64,000 nucleotides of DNA from contig SBBC01000013.1 in assembly GCA_005239865.1 (NCBI GenBank), forward strand, positions 36,759 through 100,758. Reading direction: 5' to 3'. Source of the DNA: Candidatus Microgenomatus auricola. GTDB lineage: Bacteria > Patescibacteriota > Patescibacteriia > SBBC01. The first letter of the stretch is position 1. Each line of letters begins with the position of its first letter. A program made the translations under genes and the position numbers. Positions 17,800 to 26,430 of the stretch are shown here, piece by piece. The notes under the pieces are model-generated. The model ran no database searches and had not been told where the DNA came from. It saw nothing but the letters and a program-made list of their open reading frames with translations.

Positions 17800-18921
17800 A
17801 TGCAGCCGAAGCGAATTTTTGTCGCACTCTCAGGCGGCGTTGATTCAGCCGTCGCCGCAGCACTCCTTCAACGCGACGGTTATGAGGTTCAGGGTGTCTA
17901 CCTAAAATATGCCTCGGAGATCGTCCACGGGTTGGTCAATACTAGGTCATGTTCATGGGAACAAGATCTTGAATCAGTTCGCGCTGTAGGGAAACAACTG
18001 AATATCCCGGTCCAGTCACTCAACGTCGAGCGCCAGTACAACCAGGCCGTGGTTGCGGCGTTCCTCCGAGAATACGCGACGGGTCGGACACCGAACCCCG
18101 ATATCCTGTGCAATCGAGATATCAAATTTGGGCTTTTTTTACGTTGGGCAAAAGAGCGCGGGGCAGACGCGATCGCAACTGGACACTACGCCCGGATTGG
18201 GATTTGGGAAGGACGGTCGGTGCTGCTGGCCGGCGCTGATCACGACAAAGACCAATCGTATTTTCTCTATGCGCTGCCGGCCGACCATCTGCCGAACGTT
18301 AGATTTCCGATCGGACATCTCACCAAGCCACAGGTTCGCCAACTGGCGAAAAAGTTTAGACTGCCGAATGCCGACCGCCCGGACAGCCAGGGTATCTGCT
18401 TCGTCGGTAACCTAAACGTTCGAAAATTTCTCGAGCGCTTTATTCCCTCACATCCCGGACCAATCATCACAACCGACGGTCAACTCGTTGGCCAGCATCC
18501 TAGTCTGTCATACTTTACGATTGGTCAACGTCACGGCCTGGGCCTCGGCGGCGGAGCTCCGTACTATATCGTGGGAAAAGATCTCAAACGAAATACGTTG
18601 TTGGTCAGTCGCGGCGCAAACGATTCAGCCCTCTATCAACGGGTGCTCCTGACGGGCGAAATTTCCTGGACGGCCGGACCGCCAGTCGACCACACCTTGC
18701 TGTGTCAAGCGCGAATTAGGTACCGTCAGCCTCTTGAGACTGCTCTTGTGGAGCGTCGCCGTGACGGAACGGCGGTCGTAACGTTTGCCCATCGGCAGCG
18801 CGCCATTACCCCCGGGCAGGCGATTGTGTTCTACCACGACGACCTCGTTCTCGGTGGCGCCGTCATCGACCGGGTGCTGGCGGTAGCACAACCGTCAAGC
18901 CGCCTGGCCCAATTCTCATGA
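17800..18921 (+). CDS. mnmA: tRNA U34 2-thiouridylase MnmA
   Basis: SGGVDS, TPNPDILCN, ATGHY, KDQSYFL, DSQGICF and TPGQ; start placed at ATG 17800. Confidence 0.96.
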   Translation: MQPKRIFVALSGGVDSAVAAALLQRDGYEVQGVYLKYASEIVHGLVNTRSCSWEQDLESVRAVGKQLNIPVQSLNVERQYNQAVVAAFLREYATGRTPNPDILCNRDIKFGLFLRWAKERGADAIATGHYARIGIWEGRSVLLAGADHDKDQSYFLYALPADHLPNVRFPIGHLTKPQVRQLAKKFRLPNADRPDSQGICFVGNLNVRKFLERFIPSHPGPIITTDGQLVGQHPSLSYFTIGQRHGLGLGGGAPYYIVGKDLKRNTLLVSRGANDSALYQRVLLTGEISWTAGPPVDHTLLCQARIRYRQPLETALVERRRDGTAVVTFAHRQRAITPGQAIVFYHDDLVLGGAVIDRVLAVAQPSSRLAQFS

Positions 18922-20747
18922 AAGCCCTAGCCTTACGAAAAAAATTTCTTGCCTATTTCCAAAAACAAGAACACGTCGCTGTTTCTTCCGCGTCACTGAT
19001 TCCGGACAACGACCCGTCAGTCCTTCTGACGGCGGCCGGGATGCAGCAGTTTAAGCCATATTTCCTTGGCCAACGTCGACCGGAGGAGGACTTCAAGAGT
19101 CGCCGATTAACTACAGTCCAGCGTTGTTTTCGAACGTCCGACATTGACACGGTAGGCGACGATTCACATTTGACGTTTTTCGAAATGCTCGGCAACTTCG
19201 CCTTCGGTGACTACGGCAAAGACGCGGCTATTCGTTTCGCCTGGCAATGTCTCACCCGCACGTTTCGAGTACCGGCCGGCCGCTTGTGGGCGACTATTTT
19301 TAGTGGTGACGAGCATTCCGTCAAGGATTTCGAGGCGTTCAAGGTTTGGCAGGCGATTATCCCACCCGAGCGAATTCGTGAATTCGGACGCCACGAGAAT
19401 TGGTGGGGGCCGGCCGGCCGTTCCGGTCCCTGCGGACCGTCGTCAGAAATCCACATCGACCTGCGAGAAACGCCTTGCGAGCGAAAGGAGCGGTGCGCAC
19501 CAAACTGCCCGTGCGGCCGGTTCCTCGAGCTCTGGAATCTTGTCTTCATGGAACATTTCCAGGATGAGGCCGGAAATTTTCGTTCACTCCCAGCAAAAAA
19601 TATCGATACCGGCATGGGACTTGAACGACTGGCGATGGTCACGCAAAAACGTTCGTCGGTCTTCGCGACTGACCTGTTTGTTCCAATTATTAACGCCATC
19701 GAGCAGGAACCTGGTTTTGGCAACGGACTCAGCCAAGCCGAGCGCAATCGTCGGTTGCGAATTATCGCTGACCACATCAAGGGAGCCGTCTTTCTGGTGG
19801 CTGACGGTGTTCGTTTTTCGAACAAGGAACAAGGCTACGTCCTTCGACGCGTCTGGCGTCGGGCACTCGACCAGTTTTCCACTCCATTAGCATCGTACCC
19901 AGGAGTGGTTGATGCAATCATCAATCTCTATCACCATCCTTACAACGAGTTGGGACGGCAGCGATCCGCCATCCACACGATCCTGCGGGCGGAAACCGAG
20001 GAGTACCTCAAGCACTTAAAAACGATTGTCGAACGCGTCAAAACCAAGCTACGCAAACGGCGCCCGCCGGCAGGGGACAATCAAGCACCGGTCACGGCGA
20101 CACTCAGTCCCAACGAGGCCTTCGAATTATTCACCACCTACGGAATTTCGCTTGACCGTCTGCGGCGCGAAGGATTCACCTTCGACGAGTCGGCGGTCGA
20201 GAAAAAATTTGCCGAGCACCGAAAGAAATCTCGAGCCGGGGCAGTCAAGAAATTCGGCGGACACGGACTCGGGTACACCCTTGATACCACAAAATACACA
20301 CCTGCTGAAACGGCACGCGCGACCCGCCTGCACTCGGCCACCCACCTGTTGCATCAAGCGCTTCGCCTCGTCTTGGGAAACCATGTTCGCCAAAACGGAT
20401 CAGACATTTCTCCAGAACGTTTGCGCTTTGACTTCCAGCACCCGACAAAACTTCGGCCGGATGAACTCCGAAAAATTGAAGACCTCGTCAACGAACAAAT
20501 CCGAAGAAACCTTTCGGTCACGCGGGTGGACATGGACCTTGAACAAGCACTCCAGTCCGGCGCCCTGTCTTTCTTCAAAGAACGCTATCCCCAACGAGTC
20601 ACGGTATATTCAATCGGCGAATTTTCAAAAGAAATTTGCGGCGGTCCGCATGTCCGGCAGGCCAGCGAGATCGGTCGACTGAAAATCATTTCGGAAAAAT
20701 CAAGCGCCGCCGGTGTCCGGCGAATCAAAGCAATCGTCGAGCCCTAA
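18918..20747 (+). CDS. alaS: Alanine--tRNA ligase, short form
   Basis: [38 protein letters not shown]; editing motifs HSATHLLH and CGGPH; ends after GVRRI. Confidence 0.95.
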   Translation: MKALALRKKFLAYFQKQEHVAVSSASLIPDNDPSVLLTAAGMQQFKPYFLGQRRPEEDFKSRRLTTVQRCFRTSDIDTVGDDSHLTFFEMLGNFAFGDYGKDAAIRFAWQCLTRTFRVPAGRLWATIFSGDEHSVKDFEAFKVWQAIIPPERIREFGRHENWWGPAGRSGPCGPSSEIHIDLRETPCERKERCAPNCPCGRFLELWNLVFMEHFQDEAGNFRSLPAKNIDTGMGLERLAMVTQKRSSVFATDLFVPIINAIEQEPGFGNGLSQAERNRRLRIIADHIKGAVFLVADGVRFSNKEQGYVLRRVWRRALDQFSTPLASYPGVVDAIINLYHHPYNELGRQRSAIHTILRAETEEYLKHLKTIVERVKTKLRKRRPPAGDNQAPVTATLSPNEAFELFTTYGISLDRLRREGFTFDESAVEKKFAEHRKKSRAGAVKKFGGHGLGYTLDTTKYTPAETARATRLHSATHLLHQALRLVLGNHVRQNGSDISPERLRFDFQHPTKLRPDELRKIEDLVNEQIRRNLSVTRVDMDLEQALQSGALSFFKERYPQRVTVYSIGEFSKEICGGPHVRQASEIGRLKIISEKSSAAGVRRIKAIVEP

Positions 20748-20782
20748 AACGTGTGTTCAAGTGAACGACGCGGGACAGGGGG

Positions 20783-20811
20783 TTGACAGTTATATCACCC
20801 GCCTGTATACT
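20783..20811 (+). promoter_or_regulatory. Promoter of the infA-rpsI operon
   Basis: TTGACA-17 bp-TATACT. Confidence 0.85.
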
Positions 20812-20922
20812 TCACCCCGAACCGCAAGAATCTGTGTCAGAAGCGCATTATCTCAATCGTCTGAAGGCACAAGTATCCCTCGATCAGGGATTCGACTTGC
20901 GATCACGCGCAGGCATTTTGTT

Positions 20923-21207
20923 ATGACACGACGACCGTTTTTCCGGTCGAAGAAGCTCCAGAAACAACGGCGACAACTGGCTCCGCCAACGCCAAAAAAC
21001 AAAGGGTTTCTTGAACTCATTGGGACTGTTCATGAGATGCTTCCAAACGCCTCATTCCGGGTTCATCTCGAGAATGGCCATCAAATTCTCGCCCATCTCT
21101 CTGGCCGTATGCGCCTGAATAAAATCAGTGTTCTGCCTGGCGACAAAGTGACGGTCGAGATGACGCCGTACGATTTGACGAAAGGCCGGATCATCTATCG
21201 CCATTAA
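20923..21207 (+). CDS. infA: Translation initiation factor IF-1 with basic N-terminal extension
   Basis: [54 protein letters not shown]; first in-frame ATG after the promoter is 20923. Confidence 0.95.
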   Translation: MTRRPFFRSKKLQKQRRQLAPPTPKNKGFLELIGTVHEMLPNASFRVHLENGHQILAHLSGRMRLNKISVLPGDKVTVEMTPYDLTKGRIIYRH

Positions 21208-21214
21208 TCATCGC

Positions 21215-21331
21215 ATGAAGGTTCGCGCAAGCATAAAGCCAATCTGTGATCGCTGTCGCGTGATCCGACGAAAGGGTCGGCTGTATGTCACCTGTCCAGC
21301 GAACCCGAAACATAAGCAACGTCAAGGATAA
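21215..21331 (+). CDS. rpmJ: 50S ribosomal protein L36 (not in the ORF track)
   Basis: Manual translation: [38 protein letters not shown]. Confidence 0.97.
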   Translation: MKVRASIKPICDRCRVIRRKGRLYVTCPANPKHKQRQG

Positions 21332-21338
21332 TTAGGAT

Positions 21339-21731
21339 ATGGCTGTCCGCATCGCCGGCGTTCTCTTGCCTGGTCGCAAACGTATCGAATTCGCACTGCC
21401 GTATATTTACGGCGTCGGGTTGTCTTTAAGCCGGAAAATTTTGTCGGAGGCGAAGGTTGACCGGGCCCGAAAAACCGACGAACTGACCGAAGAGGAACTT
21501 GGGCGAATTCGCAAGCTATTGGAAAACAAAACTCGTGTCGAGGGTGACTTGCGCCGAGAAATATTCATGCATGTCAAGCGCTTGAAAGACATCGGCGCAT
21601 ATCGCGGGACCCGGCATGTGAAAAACCTTCCGGTTCGCGGGCAGCGGACGCGAACGAACTCGCGGACAGTCCGCGGCAACGTCCGCCGGACGATGGGATC
21701 GGGACGACGACCGGCGGCTGAGAAAACCTAG
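21339..21731 (+). CDS. rpsM: 30S ribosomal protein S13
   Basis: RIAGV, IYGVG, EGDLRR, YRGTRH..LPVRGQRTRTNSRT. Confidence 0.97.
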   Translation: MAVRIAGVLLPGRKRIEFALPYIYGVGLSLSRKILSEAKVDRARKTDELTEEELGRIRKLLENKTRVEGDLRREIFMHVKRLKDIGAYRGTRHVKNLPVRGQRTRTNSRTVRGNVRRTMGSGRRPAAEKT

Positions 21732-21739
21732 TCCTAAAA

Positions 21740-22195
21740 ATGACCAAAGACGTCAACAAACCAACGACCCAAGACCCGCCGCCCAGCACGCAACCAGTTG
21801 CGGAGACGGGTACGCGCACGCTGCGCAAAAAGACGAAGAAAAAGAAATTCGTCTCAGCCGGCAAAGTCTACATTCAAGCCACCTACAACAACACGATGGT
21901 CACCATGACCGATCAATCTGGTGCGGTCTTGGCCTGGTCGTCAGCAGGGAAAATGGGATTTAAGGGACCAAAAAAATCGACGCCGTTCGCCGCCGGCATC
22001 ACCGTTCGCGATGTGGTTGACCGAATTCGGGACGTGGGGTTAAAAAACGTCGAAGTTTTCGTCCGAGGCGTCGGCCCTGGTCGGGAAGCCGCGGTACGGG
22101 CACTTGGCGCGCAGGGATTGAACATCACCACCATCAAGGACATCACGCCGATCCCTCACAACGGTGCCCGACCGCCAAAAGTTCGACGAGTATAA
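21740..22195 (+). CDS. rpsK: 30S ribosomal protein S11
   Basis: IQATYNNT, GFKGPKKSTPFAA, GPGREAAVR and DITPIPHNG.RPPK.RRV. Confidence 0.97.
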   Translation: MTKDVNKPTTQDPPPSTQPVAETGTRTLRKKTKKKKFVSAGKVYIQATYNNTMVTMTDQSGAVLAWSSAGKMGFKGPKKSTPFAAGITVRDVVDRIRDVGLKNVEVFVRGVGPGREAAVRALGAQGLNITTIKDITPIPHNGARPPKVRRV

Positions 22196-22211
22196 TTTTT
22201 CTTTCTCACCC

Positions 22212-22823
22212 ATGGCTCGCAATCTCAATCCGCGCACAAAACGAATTCGACGGATCGGCGAAAAGCTCATTGTACACGGCGAAAAGGCGTTCAGTCGTCG
22301 TCCCTACCCACCGGGCGTGCATGGTCCGAAAGGACAAGCGCGACTGTCGGAGTACGGCATTCGACTGCGAGAAAAACAAAAAGCCCAGCTCGTCTACGGG
22401 ATCCTCGAACGTCAATTCCGCCGTTACGTCGAAAGAGCCAAACGCCAAACCGGCAACACGGGCGAAGTTCTCCTCCAGTTACTCGAGCTGCGTCTCGACA
22501 ATGTTGTCTATCGCGCCGGCTTGACGCCCACCCGCGAAGCCGCCCGTCAACTCGTGCGACACGGTCATGTGACCATCAACGGAAAACGGGTGACGATTCC
22601 TTCCTGCAGCGTCCGCGTTGGTGCGACGGTGGCCCTGGCCAAACGCACGATGGCAAAACCTTTCGTTCAAACCCTCCTGAAACAATTGGAAAATTATCAG
22701 CCACCCGCGTGGATCACCTTAACGAAACAGCAGTTAACCGCGACCGTGTCCGCCGCGCCGACGCTTGAAGAGGCAGCGGCTGGCATCAATCCTCAATTCG
22801 TCGTGGAATTTTACTCACGCTAG
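22212..22823 (+). CDS. rpsD: 30S ribosomal protein S4 (no Zn-ribbon cysteines)
   Basis: YPPG.HG, SEYG..LREKQK, LE.RLDNVVYR, ARQLV.HGH and VVEFYSR; start at ATG 22212. Confidence 0.97.
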   Translation: MARNLNPRTKRIRRIGEKLIVHGEKAFSRRPYPPGVHGPKGQARLSEYGIRLREKQKAQLVYGILERQFRRYVERAKRQTGNTGEVLLQLLELRLDNVVYRAGLTPTREAARQLVRHGHVTINGKRVTIPSCSVRVGATVALAKRTMAKPFVQTLLKQLENYQPPAWITLTKQQLTATVSAAPTLEEAAAGINPQFVVEFYSR

Positions 22824-22842
22824 TCAAAGGAGGACACCGGCA

Positions 22843-23652
22843 ATGGAATCAATACCGCTGCCAACCAGCATCGAAGTCAACGAAGCCACCAAGGATCGCG
22901 CCCGCTTCGTCATTGAACCGTGCTACCCCGGATATGGAACTACGATCGGTAACGCCCTTCGTCGTGTCCTGCTCTCGTCGTTATCCGGAGCCGCGGTTAC
23001 AGCGGTAAAAATTGAAGGTGTTGACCATGAATTTTCCACGCTTCCCTTTGTCAAAGAAGACGTCGTCGGCATTCTTCTCAACGTCAAACTTCTTCGCTTC
23101 AAACTTCACGGTGACGAACCGGCCACACTTCGCTTAAACGTCAAGGGTGAGAAAGTGGTGACCGCTGGCGACCTCGATGGTCCAAGTACGGTTGACGTCA
23201 TCAACCCGAAACAACTGATTGCCACCCTGACCGACAAGGCCGCCTCCCTCAACATGGAAATGGTGGTTCAACGCGGGCGCGGATACGTGCCCGTCGAAAA
23301 CCGCGAAAAGGAAAAACTTGATATCGGCTGGATTGCCGTTGACGCCGTCTACACACCGATGAAGGTCGTCAGCTTTACCGTCGAGAACGTCCGCGTCGGC
23401 CAGATTACGAACTTCGATCGGCTCATCCTCCAGGTTGAAACCGACGGGACGATGCGCGCCGAGGACGCGCTGGCCCAAGCCGCAAAAATTCTCGTCGATC
23501 ACTTCGCCCAGTATACTTCCCTGGGTGCAAGCCCGGCGCCAGAAGCACCGAAAAAAAAGCGTGGTCGGACCAAGAAAGAAGAAAAAACCGAGACCGTTGA
23601 CCCATCGCCAAAAGCAGAAGATAAAGACGAGGCGGGCCATGCGGCACCGTAA
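22843..23652 (+). CDS. rpoA: RNA polymerase alpha subunit, N-terminal domain only
   Basis: GYGTTIGNALRRVLLSSL.G.AVT, HEFST..VKEDV, GRGYV, DAVYTP and RVGQ.TNFDRL; a charged tail replaces the CTD. Confidence 0.95.
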   Translation: MESIPLPTSIEVNEATKDRARFVIEPCYPGYGTTIGNALRRVLLSSLSGAAVTAVKIEGVDHEFSTLPFVKEDVVGILLNVKLLRFKLHGDEPATLRLNVKGEKVVTAGDLDGPSTVDVINPKQLIATLTDKAASLNMEMVVQRGRGYVPVENREKEKLDIGWIAVDAVYTPMKVVSFTVENVRVGQITNFDRLILQVETDGTMRAEDALAQAAKILVDHFAQYTSLGASPAPEAPKKKRGRTKKEEKTETVDPSPKAEDKDEAGHAAP

Positions 23653-24001
23653 GACCGGCGTCATCCTCGGCCGTCAGCGCGCTCCCCGGCGAGCTCTTTT
23701 CCGGCAGCTCGCTATCAGTCTGATTGACAACGGTCGCATCACGACGACCACGGCCAAAGCGAAAGCCCTGCGTCCGTTCATCGAAAGACTGATCACACGA
23801 GCTCGCGGGACGAAGTCGCTCGCTGGCCAGCGACAGCTCCTCAAAGTTCTCGACAACCACCAGGCAGTCACAAAACTCATCAAGACCATCGCCCCGCAGT
23901 ATGCCAAACGAAGCGGCGGCTATACCCGCATCATCAAACTTGGGCGACACCGCGGCGACAGCAGTCCGGTCGCGCTCATCGAGTTGATCAAAGAATCATG
24001 A
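23639..24001 (+). CDS. rplQ: 50S ribosomal protein L17
   Basis: MRHRK, I.TT.AKAK.LR..IE.LIT and R.GGYTRIIK.G..RGD. Confidence 0.96.
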   Translation: MRHRKTGVILGRQRAPRRALFRQLAISLIDNGRITTTTAKAKALRPFIERLITRARGTKSLAGQRQLLKVLDNHQAVTKLIKTIAPQYAKRSGGYTRIIKLGRHRGDSSPVALIELIKES

Positions 24002-24348
24002 AACTTCACTACGAGCGCATCGACGCGACCAATCAATCGCTTGGACGTCTCGCCAGCCGTGTCGCCACGCTTCTGCGTGGCAAAACGCGCGCCGATTTCG
24101 ACCCGACCAAGATCCCGCCGATGGCGGTCCATGTCGAACATGCCCGGCGGGTTCGCCTGACTGGTAAAAAGCCTGCCCAATCCTTCGTCTATCGTTTTTC
24201 CGGCTACCCTGGCGGATTGAAGAAAACTTCGCTCGAAGATGTCTGGAAGAAATCGCCGGAGACCGTCATCCGGCGAGCAGTGACGAACATGCTCCCAAAC
24301 AACAAACTCCGGCCGCGACTGTTACGACGTCTCATGATTAGTCCTTAA
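23998..24348 (+). CDS. rplM: 50S ribosomal protein L13, C-terminally shortened
   Basis: IDAT..SLGRLAS.VA..LRGK, SGYPGGLK and AV..MLP; 116 aa. Confidence 0.93.
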   Translation: MKLHYERIDATNQSLGRLASRVATLLRGKTRADFDPTKIPPMAVHVEHARRVRLTGKKPAQSFVYRFSGYPGGLKKTSLEDVWKKSPETVIRRAVTNMLPNNKLRPRLLRRLMISP

Positions 24349-24352
24349 GGCC

Positions 24353-24892
24353 ATGACGACCGCGAAGTCAGCCAGCACGAAAAAACCCGGCGCCAGACCG
24401 ACTAAACCATTGAAGAAAAAAGTGGTCGCCGCGCCGCGTCGAGCCAAGAAAACCGCGGTTGCTCCACCCGCCCCACCGCGCGTCGTCAGCAAACCGAAAC
24501 GCCGAACATATACCTTTGCGGTCGGACGTCGGAAGTCAGCGATTGCCAGGGTTCGCTTCGTGGCGGAAGGAACGGCCAGGTTTTTGGTCAACGGAAAACC
24601 GCCGGACGCATACTTTCCGACGTTCGAAATGCGAACGCTCGTCCGGGCACCGCTCGCTCTGACCGGCTTCAGTTCGCCTGGTGATTTTGCCGTAAAAGTC
24701 ACCGGTGGCGGGCTGCACGGCCAGGCCGAAGCCGTTCGCCTCGGCCTGGCTCGGGTTTTAGTAAAACTTAATCCTGAATTCCGGACCACCCTGAAGCGCG
24801 CCGGTCTCCTGACGCGCGATCCACGGGTCAAAGAACGAAAGAAGTACGGATTGAAGCGTGCCCGCCGCGCGCCGCAGTGGCAGAAGCGCTGA
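24353..24892 (+). CDS. rpsI: 30S ribosomal protein S9 with long basic N-terminal extension
   Basis: GRRKSAIARV, GGG..GQA.AVR.G.AR and LTRDPR.KERKKYGL.RARRAPQWQKR. Confidence 0.97.
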   Translation: MTTAKSASTKKPGARPTKPLKKKVVAAPRRAKKTAVAPPAPPRVVSKPKRRTYTFAVGRRKSAIARVRFVAEGTARFLVNGKPPDAYFPTFEMRTLVRAPLALTGFSSPGDFAVKVTGGGLHGQAEAVRLGLARVLVKLNPEFRTTLKRAGLLTRDPRVKERKKYGLKRARRAPQWQKR

Positions 24893-24963
24893 TCATAATC
24901 TTTCGCCAACCGGGTCGGACGTCAGATTGACGTTTTGAGTTCTTGTGGTATGAATGAAAGAGC

Positions 24964-26430
24964 ATGAAAAACGACGAGCGCGTCGTGCGTGGTCAGGCGC
25001 GGATCCTGACGAATACGACGTATCTGCTGGCCGCGTCAATTATCCAAAAGTTCATCTCTTTTGGCTACTTCATTTACTACGCCCGGACGATTGGACCGAA
25101 GAGCGTCGGTTTGTTCGAACCGATTCGTTCGGTCATCCCGATCGCGCTGGTCATCATCGACTTTGCGCTGTCCGTTGTTCTAACCAGGGAAATCGCGCGC
25201 AACCAGGAAAAGGCCAAGCACTATCTGAATACCGTCCTGTCGCTGAAACTCCTGTTCGCGGTGGCGACGCTACTCATCACCTTCGCCGTCACGGCTTTTA
25301 CGAATTTTGATCAGCCGACACGAACCCTCCTCTTCATCGCCGGGATGATCGTCGCCTTTGACATGTTCACGATGACCTACGCTGCGACCCTGCGCGGGAT
25401 CCAGATTTTTCGATATGAAGCGATTGGTATCATCCTGACGCAGCTCACGACCGTCCTGGTTGGTGTGATCGCGCTCAACTTAAAACTTGGGCTGCCAGCG
25501 CTGATGATTGCACTTCTCGGCGGCAGCGTTGTGAACTTCTTCTTTCTCCTTCGGATGGTGCGTCGACGGCTCGGCGCCTTCCCGAAACTCGCCTGGGACG
25601 CTGAACTGGTCAAAAGGTTTCTACTGATCGCGGTGCCGATCCTCGGGGCGCAACTGATTGCTCGACTTTTCACTTATGCCGATCGCTATCTCTTGCTGTC
25701 GCTGGCCGACAAAACGACCACGGGCATTTACCTGGCGGCTCACCGTATTCCGTTTGCACTCGAATTTATTCCGGCCGCCTTTGCCGCGAGTTTACTTCCG
25801 GCGATGAGTAATTACTTTCTGCATTCCCGCGAACAACTGGCTCGCGCTTTTCACCAAGCCTTCCGCTACCTCATCCTCTTAAGCGTCCCGCTGGTCGTCG
25901 GCATTTTCGTTCTGGCACAACCTTTCGTCATCAAACTCTTGAAACAGGCGTATAGTGATTCAATCACACCACTACGGATTATGATCATCGCCCTGCCGCT
26001 CATTTTTTTGAATTTCCCGGCCGGACATTTTCTGATCGCCACGAACCGTCAGATCTGGAACACGATCAACATGGGCTTGGCGGTGGTCACGAACATCGTT
26101 CTGAATCTGGCGCTCATTCCTCGGCTCGGTGCCAACGGCGCCGCCCTTTCGGTGGTGGTGAGCTACGTCATGCTTTTCACCCTCAACATGATTCAAGTCC
26201 GCCGAGTGATGCCACTTCGGTCGCGCGACCTCATCGCCGTGATCATTCAATCGCTGGCGGCGGCCGCCATCATGGGGGTGGCGATCGGTTTTCTCCAACG
26301 GATGTTTTCCCCTTATTTCCTCATTCTTCCTGGCGCCGTCATATATGTCGCCGCACTCTTCATCCTCGGTACGGTGAAATTCAGTGACGTCCGGCTTTTG
26401 CTCGAGGCGCTGGGAAGAAAAACGTCCTGA
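24964..26430 (+). CDS. Oligosaccharide flippase (Wzx/MOP family)
   Basis: About 14 TM segments; DFALS..LTREIAR, ADR.LL, G.Y.AA.R and LIPRLGA.GAA; first gene of the glycan cluster. Confidence 0.88.
   Translation: MKNDERVVRGQARILTNTTYLLAASIIQKFISFGYFIYYARTIGPKSVGLFEPIRSVIPIALVIIDFALSVVLTREIARNQEKAKHYLNTVLSLKLLFAVATLLITFAVTAFTNFDQPTRTLLFIAGMIVAFDMFTMTYAATLRGIQIFRYEAIGIILTQLTTVLVGVIALNLKLGLPALMIALLGGSVVNFFFLLRMVRRRLGAFPKLAWDAELVKRFLLIAVPILGAQLIARLFTYADRYLLLSLADKTTTGIYLAAHRIPFALEFIPAAFAASLLPAMSNYFLHSREQLARAFHQAFRYLILLSVPLVVGIFVLAQPFVIKLLKQAYSDSITPLRIMIIALPLIFLNFPAGHFLIATNRQIWNTINMGLAVVTNIVLNLALIPRLGANGAALSVVVSYVMLFTLNMIQVRRVMPLRSRDLIAVIIQSLAAAAIMGVAIGFLQRMFSPYFLILPGAVIYVAALFILGTVKFSDVRLLLEALGRKTS

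Noticed and set aside
20713-20922. Upstream extension of the infA ORF (likewise rpoA 22765, rplQ 23435, rpsD 22164, msrA 28910, LDT 8387, holB 38739)
   Set aside because: The extensions overlap promoters or upstream genes; downstream ATGs match the family N-termini.
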